Assembly: GCF_006345805.1 (NCBI RefSeq)
Contig: NC_043000.1
Span: forward strand, 1,550,001-1,614,000
DNA from: Octopus sinensis
Taxonomy: Eukaryota
Length of the DNA stretch: 64,000 nt
Direction of reading: 5' to 3'
In this document: positions 1 through 11,990 of the stretch, in pieces
How positions within the stretch are numbered: the first letter of the stretch is position 1
Layout of the letters: each line of letters starts with the position of its first letter
Made by a program: the position numbers and the translations under genes
Notes under the pieces: generated by a model
What the model saw: only the letters and a program-made list of their open reading frames with translations
Databases searched by the model: none
What the model was told of the DNA's origin: nothing

Positions 1-350
1 GCATGGGTGATTTCCATGTAGCATTGGCATGGGTGCTTTTCATGTAGCACTGGCATGGGTGATTTTCATGTAGCACTGGCATGGGTGATTTCCATGTAGC
101 ATTGGCATGGGTGCTTTTCATGTAGCACTGGCATGGGTGCTTTTCATGTAGCTCTGGCATGGGTGCTTTTCATGTAGCACTGGCATGGGTGCTTTTCATG
201 TAACACTGGCATGGGTGCTTTTCATGTAGCACTGGCATGGGTGCTTTTCATGTAGCACTGGCATGGGTGCTTTTCATGTAACACTGGCATGGGTGCTTTT
301 CATGTAGCACTGACATGGGTGCTTTTCATGTAGCACTGGCATGGGTGCTT
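1..350. repeat. 26-bp minisatellite (truncated by window start)
   Basis: Unit gcatgggtgcttttcatgtagcactg, ~13 copies. Confidence 0.9.
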
Positions 351-939
351 TTACATGACACTAGCACAGATGTTTTTTATGTGGCTCTGGCACAAGTGTT
401 TTTCCATGTAGCATGGCATTTATGCAATACCAACATGGGTGTCTTCCAGCTGGATTCCCAAGTGTGGCCAATTGAGACTTTGCATATTATCCAATCATCT
501 CATTCTTGGTCTATCCTAGGTTTCATGCCAGTTGACTTGACTTGAAGAACCTGTCTTATGTTCCCTTCCTGGGACATTCTAATCACATGTTCGTAGTAAT
601 GGGGCTGTGACTTCTCAATGCAGAGGAGTAGAAGTCTGAGCAGGAAAGACTTCCCAATCTCTAAACTACTCACCCTTGAGTAATATTACACCAGAGATCC
701 TTTGGAGGGTCACCATTTTGGCCTTTTTATAAGGAACCCCTTTATATGACAGCTAGGTGAAAATTTGATGGAGATTTGGATGCTGTTTCTAGCATACCTT
801 GTCTTTAAAAAAAAAAAAAAGCACATTTCATAATGTACTTGTAGGATAGGGAGGATAGGATCAAGATGTTTATGGATGGAACTGTTTTGATCCTTAAATC
901 TGTTTGATCATAGCTGACCTGGAGCTAAACAATAATAAT

Positions 940-1815
940 AATAATTGCTTCTGAAATAGGGACAAGTTCATAAGTTTGGGGAATGAGGATTAATCAATTA
1001 AATTGGCTCGAATACTAAACTGTTACTTTACTTTATTAACCCAGGAAGGATTAAAGACCAAGTGGACCTTGGTGGGATTTGAACTCAGAACATAAAAATC
1101 CAGTGCAAATATCACAAGGCATTTTATCCAACACTTTAATGATTCTGTCAATCTATCGCCCTGACAATGATAATAATGGCTTCTGGTTTAGATACAAAAC
1201 CAACAATTTTGAGGAGAGGGTATTAGTCAATACCATCAATCCTCAGTATTTAACTGGTACTTTATTTTATGGACTGAGGAGAGATGAAAAGCAAAATTTA
1301 CCATGCTAGGATTTGAACTCAGAGCATAAATAACCAAACTAAATACTGCAAAATATTTAATGATTTTGAAAATCTGTTGCCCTAACAACAATATTAATAA
1401 GCTTTAAAGTTTTGGCAATTTTAAAGAAGTGGGTAAGTTAATTACATCAACCCAGTGTGTAACTGGTACTTATTTTATCAACCCTGAAAGAATGAAAGGC
1501 AAAGTTGACTTCAGCAAGATTTGAACTTAAAATGTAAAGCCAGAAGAAATGCTGTTAAGCATTTTGTCCGGCATGCTAACGATTCTACCAGGTGACCACC
1601 ACAAAAAAATTATAATTCTTTCTACTATAGGCAAAGGCCTGAAAATTTGTGAGGCAGAGCTAGTTGATTACAATGGCCCCTATGCTCAATTGGTGCTTAT
1701 TTTATTGACCCCCTTCCAGTGGGGGGAAAAACAAAGTTGACATCAGTAGGATTTGAACTCAGAATGAAAAGAGAGAGCAGAAATGCTATGAAGCATTTTC
1801 TCCAACGTGCAAACA
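940..1815. mobile_element. Cluster of old SINE family C copies
   Basis: Diverged gaaaggatgaaaggcaaagtcgacc..ggaatttgaactcag modules. Confidence 0.7.
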
Positions 1816-1933
1816 ATTCTGGCAGCTTGCTACCTTCTAACAATAATAATAATAACAACAGAAATAACTCTAGCCACAGCATCAACAAAGCATCTGTGGT
1901 TATGAAATGAATATAGTAACTATCATCATTTAC

Positions 1934-2342
1934 CTTTCATATAGATTATGTTGGAGTCATGCTCTGTTAACTTCCGTCTTTCATCTCGTAGCTTATAAGT
2001 GGTCTTGGTACATTTATTACGGCAAGGCCGCCCAGTACAACAGCAATGGCAGTGTTTGCACGAACTTAGCAGCAACAATTCTGTTGTTCGAATGCAATAG
2101 AATAGAAGTAAAGCTAATCCAAACAGAATGATCACAATTAGGATTAAGACTGGTATAATCCAAATTAGATCAAGATTTGTGATCAATTCTTTGTGACTCG
2201 TCGTTGTTGTTGTTATTGTCGTTTTGGGGATTAAAGTCTGTGAGACATTGGTGTTAGCCTGAAGCCCGGCAATTGACATATTGCTCATAGTAGTATGATT
2301 GACAGGTGTAAGATGAAGAGTTATTATGTTTTCTGAATCCAT
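1934..2342 (-). CDS. Probable first coding exon of a single-pass (type III-like) membrane protein
   Basis: Exon 2426-1934: acceptor ctctcctttgtttcatttctgtag, donor AAG|gtaaat. ATG at 2342 in gccATGG context after an in-frame stop. N-glycosylation sequons NHT/NMS/NVS, Thr-rich stalk, ~25-aa hydrophobic segment, Cys cluster CKHCHCCC. If unspliced it stops at 1926 (138 aa). Confidence 0.7.
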
Positions 2343-3529
2343 GGCTATAAATGTGACTGTATATTCCTTCAGGTAAAATGGTGCCAAGTGTGAATGATTT
2401 ATTCAATTAATTTTTGATTGGTGAACCTACAGAAATGAAACAAAGGAGAGTATAACAAAAAAATTCAGTTGTTCATCACAAAAAGTACGGTATAATATAT
2501 ATAAATACGTCATACTGTTGACAATCCTTGGGAAGAGCTTAGTTTAAACGCTAAAGTCTAAAAAGAAAATCATAGTCAATGCGAAGTTTATATTTAACCA
2601 ATTAAACTACAATTTACACAAGTGAAATTTATTACTTTACAGGTGGTGCTGTCTTTTCGTAATAGATTTGTCAGAGGAGGATAATTAACAAAAGTAATCA
2701 TCTAAAATTATAGAAATTATCAATAATTATCAGACATTAGTCTGACTGCACATTTGTTCTACTACTATAAAAACCATCCTTTACTATCCCATATCATTGT
2801 AATTCATTGTAATTCACTGCACACCACAGTGACGTAGCATGGGTTGGCCACCCAATGCGATAACCAAATTAGCCACCCTCTTCCTTAAATACTATACACC
2901 TGATAACAGCAAACAGATGTATGTAATGTGTCTACCCTGTACAGTCCACCTACGCAACACCACTGATGGTTGATCCATGTTACTATGTAAGGAAAAAAAG
3001 GGCCGGATTCCCCATTTCTCTAGTGTATATCTTCCTCTCTGAATGGGTCACTGGTCCATCACGGAATTATTCATTTTTACCAGCTGAGTGGATTGGGGCA
3101 ATGTGAAACGAAGTGTTTTGCTCAAGAACACAACACATTGCCCAGTCCAGGAATTGAAACCACAATCTTATGACCATGAGTCCAACACCCTAACCACCAA
3201 GCCACACACCTCCACATGAGAAGCTTGGTGTATATACCATCAAGAAGCACCTTCTTCATGGGCCAGGTTTCATAGAGAAGAATGCTCTCTCTCTATGAAG
3301 AAACATGGAAACTTCATTCAAATGCTTGTAACAGAATGCTCTATGGAACCAAAATTGAGTCCAACATCATAACCACTAAGCCAAGCACCTCTATTGACAC
3401 ACAACCATAATTTACCTCAGCTGTCCCTACCACCAACAGCCTCCCCACCATGTTTATATTACTAATGGCTGTACAGCACAACCAGATAGTGCACCATCTC
3501 AAGTGTGACGTTATACCTTCTAGGATAGT

Positions 3530-3843
3530 GGTCATAAGATTGTGGCCGATGGTCATAAGATTGTGGCCGATGGTCATAAGATTGTGGCCGATGGTCATAA
3601 GATTGTGGCCGATGGTCATAAGATTGTGGCCGATGGTCATAAGATTGTGGCCGATGGTCATAAGATTGTGGCCGATGGTCATAAGATTGTGGCCGATGGT
3701 CATAAGATTGTGGCCGATGGTCATAAGATTGTGGCCGATGGTCATAAGATTGTGGCCGATGGTCATAAGATTGTGGCCGATGGTCATAAGATTGTGGCCG
3801 ATGGTCATAAGATTGTGGCCGATGGTCATAAGATTGTGGCCGA
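3530..3843. repeat. 21-bp minisatellite, ~15 copies
   Basis: Unit ggtcataagattgtggccgat, essentially invariant. Confidence 0.95.
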
Positions 3844-4120
3844 TGCCAGCCCCGCCTCGACTGGCTTCTGTGCCGGTAGCACATAAAAAGCACCATCCGA
3901 ACGTGGCTGATGCCAGACCCCCTCTGGCACCTGTGCAGGTGGCACGTAAAAAGCACCCACTACACTCGCGGAGTGGTTGGCGTTAGGAAGGGCATCCAGC
4001 TGTAGAAACACTGCCAGATCAGACTGGAGCCTGGAGCAGCCCCTGGCTCCCCAGACCCCAGTCGAAACGTCCAACCCGTGCTAGCGCGGAAAACGGACGT
4101 TAAACGATGATGATGATGAT
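3833..4120 (+). mobile_element. Retroposon family D, (GAT)n tail
   Basis: ..ttaggaagggcatccagctgtagaaac..aacccatgctagcatggaaaacggacgttaaac(gat)n; orientation inferred from the tail. Confidence 0.8.
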
Positions 4121-4330
4121 AGTGATCCGCAACCGCTTTTTTTTTTTTACTTAAGGATCCTTTGATTCTTATTCTATTCTACTGGAACCTCATAGCCATT
4201 CAATGTTTAAAAAGAATCCTGTTGTATTTTTATAATTGAATATTATCAAGAACTGAATTATAAAAAAAATTGTTAAAGTATTTTGTGCACTGTAGAAATA
4301 AAATCAATTTCTTGTACATAAATTTTAACA

Positions 4331-4706
4331 GGCGTTGGAGTGGCTGTGTGGTAAGTAGCTTGCTTACCAACCACATGGTTCTGGGTTCAGTCCCACTGCG
4401 TGGCACCTTGGACAAATGTCTTCTACTATAGCCTTGGGCCGACCAAATCCTTGTGAGTGGATTTGGTAGACGGAAACTGAAAGAAGCCCGTCGTATATAT
4501 GTATATATATATATATATGTACGTATGTGTGTGTGCATATGTTTGTGTGTCTGTGTTTGTCTCCCCAAAATCGCTTGACAACCGATGCTGGTGTGTTTAC
4601 ATCCCTGTAACTTAGCGGTTCGGCAAAAGACTGATAGAACAAGTACTAGACTTACAAAGAATAATTCTTGGGGTCAATTTGCTTGACTAAAGGCAGAGCT
4701 CCAGTC
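4331..4706 (+). mobile_element. SINE family A
   Basis: tRNA-like head ggcg(c/t)aggagtggctgtgtggtaag..ggttcagtcc, internal (TA/TG)n, tail degraded. Confidence 0.85.
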
Positions 4707-5185
4707 AAATAAAATAGAAATAAAATCAATTTCTTGTAGATAAATTTTAACAACAAAATCTTACATGGACCCCTGTTGAGGACAACAGTTCTAGGGTACC
4801 AAACTCAACCAACCACATTTGCAACTAACCCTAAGTTTCACTTCCCACTCTGACCACACTCAATGAACCACAGAAAGACTCAATGTTGTTGCTTGGCCTA
4901 TTAGACATAGCACCTAAATCTTCCTCAAATCATACACTACAGCTTTAAGAGAGAGGAGACTAGTGAGTCTAAGATAATGTAGTTCTAGATACACTACACT
5001 TAAATAAAATTCTGGTTGGTCATGGTTGGAACGCCTTTGATCCTAAATTTGCAAGTCACCTATGACTTGCAGGTAAGCAACAACAATAAAAAAAATAATG
5101 CTGAATGACACTCACACACACATACACACACATACACACACACACGCGCGCATGCGCACATACACACACACACACGCGCGCGCAT

Positions 5186-5220
<35 letters not shown>

Positions 5221-5567
5221 ACACACACACACATACCACAAACTTTTCATACCAATGCACCATTATCTAGCTGATTACTTGACCTGCTAGTAATAATCAA
5301 ATTCCATTATACCTTACCATTTCAGATAAAAAAATGAGTGGAGGGAGGGATATTTTAAAAATCTTTTACTTGTTTTAGTTATTAAACTTCGGACAGCATT
5401 GAAGAATTTTTGGTCAAATGCATCAACCCCAATACTTATTCCTTTAAGCCTGGTACTTATTTTATTGCTTGTTAAGCAGTGGAGGGGGACAAACTCACAC
5501 ACACACATACACTGACATACACACACACATATGTATCAAAAAATATAAGGACTGGAACAGGCAAAAC

Positions 5568-5656
5568 ACAGACTACAATTGTTTCATAGCAAAATGATGT
5601 TTGTTATATATGTTGTAACATACACAAAACCAGCTTAGCCAATCTTCAGGTTCTGT
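5568..5656 (-). ncRNA. Type I hammerhead-like motif H1
   Basis: CUGAAGA...GAAACAAUUGUA; palindromic helix III ACAAUUGU; helix I acaga(a)c/gucugu; imperfect helix II with a long loop. Confidence 0.55.
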
Positions 5657-5721
5657 TACTCAACGTTGTTTACACTGTTATGTGGAGATGAGCAAATGAA
5701 TGACCAAGTCTATATATATAT

Positions 5722-5916
5722 AAGAATGGAATAAACAGAACAGGATGAGACACATGGTATGGATTGTCACTGAAGAGGTCACAGGAGGTGCAACGAAAGA
5801 TTTCATCAAAGGAAACTAAAATAAGAATAATAATAAAGCTAAAGTGAAGAACGAATATATATTACATGTGTTCATTTGGCAAAAAAAATGACCGTCCCAA
5901 AATATAACAATAAGTG
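5722..5916 (+). mobile_element. Short hammerhead-bearing element (family of H2/H4)
   Basis: TA runs at both ends; homologous to 42100-42345. Confidence 0.5.
5770..5804 (+). ncRNA. Hammerhead-like motif H2 (degenerate)
   Basis: CUGAAGA-G...C-GAAAGAUUUC; homologous to H4; helix I not evident. Confidence 0.4.
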
Positions 5917-6593
5917 TATATATATATATATATACACACATACACACACACATATATGTATGTATTCGACTATGCTATGATGGACCGTGCTATGATGGAC
6001 CATGCTATGATGGACCGTGAAGTCTGGCGTAACATAGTAAATTCCATTGTCTCGACCACGGTCGAACAATGATGATGAATGATGACGTATTCGACAGGCT
6101 TCTTTCAGTTTCCTTCTATCAAATCCGTTAACAAAGTTTTGGTCAGCCCAAGGCTGACACTTACCAACAGTGTCATGCAGTGGGACTGAACCTGGAGCTA
6201 TGTGGTTGCGAAGCAAACTTCTTACGGCCCATGTTCTACTCGTAAATATACCGACGCTGGTGTGTTTACGTCCCCGTCACTTAGCGGTTCGGCAAAAGCG
6301 ACCGATAGAATAAGTAAGTGCTAGGCTAACAAAGAATAAGTCCTGGGATCGATTTGCTCGACTCTTTAGTCGAGCGGTGCTCCAGCATGGCCACAGTGAA
6401 ATGACTGAAACAAGTAAAGGAGTAATACGAAAATATCGGACAAAACTTAGAACGCCTACGATCTTAGTTTTGCTCAATGACAGTTGCCCTGTGGCTAAAT
6501 ATCTACCAAAGCAATGACAATCCAAATAGTTCCACCACACAACTAGAACAGGACATTACCCCACCCCTGACTCCACCTTAGTTAAACGTCGGT

Positions 6594-6679
6594 TCTCTCT
6601 CTCTCTCTCTCTCACTTCTCTCTCTCTCTTTCACTTCTCTCTCTCTCTCACTTCTCTCTCTCTCTCTCTCTCTCTCACT

Positions 6680-6710
<31 letters not shown>

Positions 6711-6793
6711 ACTTCTCTCTCTCACCTCTCACTTCTCTCTCTCTCTCTCACTTCTCTCTCACTCCCTCTCTCTCTCTCTCTCACCTCTCTCTC

Positions 6794-6835
<42 letters not shown>

Positions 6836-6850
6836 ATCCTCCTCCTCCTG
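6594..6850. repeat. Interrupted (CT)n polypyrimidine tract
   Basis: ~255 bp with periodic CACTT interruptions. Confidence 0.95.
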
Positions 6851-7189
6851 AGCGGTGTCAGTTCCCTGTAAATTGCTGGAGGAGAAACGAGAGTGGGTCC
6901 GGAGACAGCAGTTGATGGGCCATGAAACAGTTTACAATTTCAAAAGTCGGTTAAGTCAACCAGCTCCGGACAACTGTCCTTAGCACCCCGCGCCCCCAAC
7001 CCCGCCCCCATTTTCCACCACCACCACCACTACGTTGCCTGTTTACAGAGTGACATTAAACTGTCAAACTCTCACCAACTCCACACAGGATGTGAACGCT
7101 TTACTCTTGGCCATTACTTTGCACCGTTAATGACATGCAATGGTAAACGGCAGCTTCCTCCAGACAGACAGACATCAAGAATATTCGTA

Positions 7190-7260
7190 CAAGCAGCAGC
7201 AGCAGTAGTTGTAGTGGTGGTGGTGGTGGCGGCGGAGGAAGATTTGGTGGGGGGGGTGGC

Positions 7261-7310
<50 letters not shown>

Positions 7311-7615
7311 TAGTGGTGGTGGTGGTGGTAGTGGTGGTGGTGGTGGTAGTGGTGGTGGTGGTTGTTGTAGTAGTAGTAGTAGTAGTTGTAGTAGTAGTAG
7401 TTGTAGTAGTAGTAGTAGTAGTAGTTAGTAGTAGTAGTGGTGGTGGTGGTGTGGTGGTGGTGGTGGTTGTAGTAGTAGTAGTAGTAGTAGTAGTAGAAGT
7501 GGTGGTGGTGGTGGTGGTGGTGGTGGTTGTAGTAGTAGTAGTAGTGGTGGTGGTGGCAGTAGTAGTTGTAGTAGTAGTAGTAGTAATGACGGTAGTGGTG
7601 GCGGTGGTGTGGTGG
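7190..7615. repeat. Compound (GTA)n/(GTG)n microsatellite
   Basis: Direct reading. Confidence 0.95.
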
Positions 7616-7939
7616 TTGCTTTTTTTTTCTTCCTCTTACTCCCCAACGAACCCTTCCCCTCCACTCACAATCCTCCTACCCCCCCATCCATCCATCCATC
7701 CATCCATCCCCTGCCCCATCCCCCTCCCTCACCGCCACCACAACCACCCATAATTTAGCTCTTCCTTTCTTTCATTAAATGAATGAACGACTTTTTTTCA
7801 CGTCTGAAACAGGATGGAACTAATTGTTTACTTCTAAATTACATGACACGTTACACAGTGAGTGGCACGGGGTGAGGAAACGAAGTGGGAGGAGAGTACA
7901 ATGGTCTGTGGATGCGTAGATAGTTAGACAACCTATCGT

Positions 7940-8324
7940 GGAGGCGCAATGGCCCAGTGGTTAGGGTAGCGGACTCGCGGTCATAGGATCGCGGTTTCGA
8001 TTCCCAGACCGACCGGGCGTTGTGAGTGTTTATTGAACGAAAACACCTAAAAAAGCTCCACGAGGCTCCGGCAGGGGATGGTCGTGATCCCTGCTGTACT
8101 CTTTCACCACAACTTTCTCTCACTCTTACTTCCTGTTTCTGTTGTACCTGTATTTCAAAGGGCCGGCCTTGTCACTCTCTGTGTCACGCTGAATATCCCC
8201 GAGAACTACGTTAAGGGTACACGTGTCTGTGGAGTGCTCAGCCACTTACACGTTAATTTCACGAGCAGGCTGTTCCGTTGATCGGATCAACCGGAACCCT
8301 CGTCGTCGTAGCCGACGGAGTGCT
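7940..8324 (+). mobile_element. SINE family B (tRNA-like head, ~385 bp)
   Basis: A box TGGCCCAGTGG, B box GGTTTCGATTCC; six near-identical copies in the window. Confidence 0.9.
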
Positions 8325-8798
8325 AGAGAGAGACAACCCATTACGGACTATCATTTAATGTTTATATCATAGTTTTAACATGACCCCAATCATGTTGTAC
8401 TGTCCCCTTCTATGTTGGCCCCTTGTGGGTAACAAAGAAATCGCACACTACCTCATTCAAGCGCCTTGACGGTGCCAAGTCGGGACACTTTAGCAGAAAT
8501 TTAAATATATCCTCAGGGAAGGAGTTGATTATCCCGCACAATACACCCACGCCTGTGTTCATTTTTATTCTGTAAGTGTCCACGATACTCGATTGTCAAC
8601 AGTCCAGCCAACCTATTTATAATAGGTATCACAGTTTGATATTGTTCACTTTCACTGGATTCCAAACAAAACACTTAACTGTCTAACTAATTGTAGTGCA
8701 GTCTAACTAATTGTAAGTGAATACCACAATGTACCGTGTCCATGTCCAAGATATTCAACTGTCAACAGCCTTAGTCTCCCTAGTTATAAGAAGATACC

Positions 8799-9029
8799 TA
8801 TTTCTTTATTACCCACAAGGGGCTAAACACAGAGGGGACAAACAAGGACAGACATAGGTATTAAGTCGATTACATCGACCCCAGTGCGTAACTGGTACTT
8901 AATTTATCGACCCCGAAAGAATGAAAGGCAAAGTCGACCTCGGCGGAATTTGAACTCACAACGTAACGCAGACGAAATACCGCTAAGCATTTCGCCCGGC
9001 GTGCTAACGTTTCTGCCAGCTCGCTGCCT
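8799..9029 (-). mobile_element. SINE family C
   Basis: 16-bp TSD gttataagaagatacc. Central gtcgactttgcctttcatcctttcggggtcgataaa resembles the Meta/Sauria-type SINE domain (recalled). Confidence 0.9.
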
Positions 9030-9344
9030 GTTATAAGAAGATACCACAATGTAGTTGTAGTTAAACTGTACTATGTCCATGTCTAAGACACTGCATTGTT
9101 GGCATTCCAGTCCAACTAGCTGTAAATACCACAACACGGTTACAGTTTACTGTACTTTGTCCATGACTAAGACAACTGCCAATAGTTCAGTTAACCTACG
9201 TTGCTGTATATAAGTATCATTGTGTGGTTGTAGTTCTCCACACTCTGTCCGCGAAAGGACACTTAACTGCTGTCTGTCAAGTCCACCAAAGCTAGGTTCC
9301 ACAGGGAAAATCTTCACACAAATTATTATAATCATTTTTGTATG

Positions 9345-10795
9345 GGGCGAGCTAGCAGAATCGTTAGCGCGCTGGACGAAAGGCTTAGTGGTATTTCACC
9401 CGTCGCTACTTTCTGAGTTCAAATCCCGCCGAGGTCGACTTTGCCTTTCATCCTTTCGGAGTCGATGAAATAACTACCCAAAATTTCAAGCCTTGTGCCT
9501 ACAGTAGAAAAAGATTATTAGAACTTCTTTGAAGGCAGCGAGCTGGCAGAATCGTTAGCACGCCGGGCGAAATGCTTAGCAGTATTTCATCTGTCTTTGC
9601 GTTCTGAGTTCAAATTCCGCCGAGGTCGACTTTGCCTTTCATCCTTTCGGGGCCGATTAAATAAGTACAGGTTAGGCACTGGGGTCGATATAATCGACTT
9701 AATCCGTTTGTCTGTCCTTGTTTGTCCTCTCTGTGTTTAGCCCCATGTGGGTAGTAAAGAAATAGGTATTTCGTCTGCCGTTACGTTGTGAGTTCAAATT
9801 CCGCCGAGGTTGGTTTTACATGTCTTCTTTTCCTTATAGATAAATTAAGTACCAGTCGAGTCTTGGGATCGATATAATCGACTTACCTGCTCCTCCGAAA
9901 TTCCTAGCCTTGTGCCAAAACTTGGAACCATTATTACAGCTTCTCTTAAGGCGGTGAGCTGGCGGAATCGTTAGCATGTCGGACAAAATGCTTAGTGGCA
10001 TTTCGTTCGTCTTTATGCTCTGAATTCAAATTCCGCTGAAGTCGACTTTGCTTTTCATATTTTTGAGGTCGATAAAATACGTACCAGTTGAGTACTGGGG
10101 TCGATGTAATTGACTGACCTCTTCCCCGAAAATTTCAGGTCTTGTGCCTATAGTAGAAAGGATTGCTACAGCTACTGTTAAGGTGGAAAGCTGGCAGAAT
10201 CGTTAGCACGTCGGGCGAAATTCTTAGCAGTATTTCGCCTGCCGTTACGTTCTGAGTTCAAATTCCACCGAGGTCGACTTTGCCTTTCATCTTTTCGGGG
10301 TCGATAAATTAAGTACCAATTACACACTGGGGTCGATGTAATCGTCTTAATTCCTTTGTCAGTCCTTGTCTGTCCCCTCTATGATTAGCCCCTTGTGGGT
10401 AGTAAAGAAATAGGTACTTTGTCTGCTGTTACGTTGTGAGTTCAAATTCCGCCGAGGTCGACTTTGCCTTTCATCCTTTCGGGGTTGATAAATTAAGTAC
10501 CAATTATACACTGGGGTTGATGTAATCGTCTTAATTCCTTTGTCAGTCCTTGTCTGTCCCCTCTATGTTTAGTCCCTTGTGGGCAGTAAAGAAATAAGAA
10601 TCGTTAGCACCTCGGCCGAAATGCTAAACGACGTTTAGCCGTCTTTACATTCCGAGTTCGAATTCCGCTCAGGTCAACTTTGCTTTTCATCTTTTCGAGG
10701 TCGGGGAAATGAATACCAGTTGCACAATGGGGGCGATGTAATCGACAAGTCAACTCCCACCAAATTTCGAGCCTTGTGCCTATAGTAGAAAGGGT
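9345..10795 (+). mobile_element. Head-to-tail cluster of SINE family C copies and multimers
   Basis: About five heads and repeated 3' modules. Confidence 0.85.
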
Positions 10796-11237
10796 TAGTG
10801 CAACTAGTGTTTATCTGAACTAACAAGCTGTGTTCTACAACTAACCATGGCCAACTGAGGTAACCACCTCGACTAATGTACCCCCACTACCACCATCATC
10901 ATCGCGAAATCCTGTATTAAGCACTTTACCTAATCTTTACTCATCTGATCTGTAGCAACACTCAGGTCAACCCTATCTCAGCAGACGTCTGATCAAAGGC
11001 ATTTCAGCCACGACTATCACGTGTTTATATGGATGAGTCGCAGGGGGGAACCAGGTCCCCATTATTTAATCTGCCTTCTTTTTACAACGGTAGGGTGCAG
11101 GGTGTGATTTGCGGATGACTTGGCTGCTATTTCTGGCTGGTCGGGGGACAACGTAAGTGTTCCGTTGCTGGTTGAACAACTGTGTACAGAAGGACGTTCA
11201 TGGTGACGTCAAGCAAACCAAAGCCGTTCCAACTATA

Positions 11238-11572
11238 CTCTTTACTCTTTTACTCTTTTACTTGTTTCAGTCATTTGACTGCGGCCATGCTGGAGCACCG
11301 CCTTTAATCGAGCAACTCGACCCCGGGACTCATTCTTTTTGTAAGCCCAGTACTTATTCTATCGGTCTCTTTTGCCGAACCGCTAAGTAACGGGGACATA
11401 AACACACCAGCATCGGTTGTCAAGCAATGCTAGGAGGACAAACACAGACACACAAACACACACACACACATATATATATATACATATATACGACGGGCTT
11501 CTTTCAGTTTCCGTCTACCAAATCCACTCTCAAGGCATTGGTCGGCCCGGGGCTATAGCAGAAGACACTTAC
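11238..11572 (-). mobile_element. SINE family A (5'-truncated)
   Basis: Family A body and (AAAAGAGT)n tail. Confidence 0.85.
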
Positions 11573-11666
11573 CACACAGCTACTTACCACACAGCCACCA
11601 TCCTCTCTTTTAACACAGTCTATTAAGGACTACATTATCTGATATCTTTCATTTTTTAAAGACAGT

Positions 11667-11990
11667 GGAGGAGGAAGAGACTCCCTTCGGTCATGAATGA
11701 CCATGGGATTGCACCTAGAAAGTTACCCTCCCAGGCACAAGTCTGGACAAGGTTGTTTGTGGAAGGCCAGCAGTCGCCCATGTATACCAATGTTATCCAA
11801 GGGAAAGGCAAAAGCCGATACAGCTTGGCACCAGTGACGTCACAACTCATTTCTACAGCTGAGTGAACTGGAGCAACGTGAAATAAAGAATCTTACTCAA
11901 GAGCACAACACGCCGCCCGGTCCGGGATTCGAGCTCACAATGTCACGATCGTAAGCTCGACGCTCCAACCACTGATCCATGCGCCTTCAC
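11667..11990 (-). mobile_element. SINE family E
   Basis: tRNA-like head; 13-bp TSD ttttaaagacagt. Confidence 0.85.

Noticed and set aside
3341-3986. Repetitive ORFs (MTIGHNL, MVIRLWP, PQSYDHR)
   Set aside because: All frames of a 21-bp minisatellite.
7130-7753. 207-aa poly-Val ORF
   Set aside because: Read-through of the (GTA/GTG)n microsatellite.
7940-8010. tRNA gene-like heads (also families A, C, E, F)
   Set aside because: A and B boxes are present but continue into SINE bodies with no acceptor-stem 3' half; not tRNA genes.
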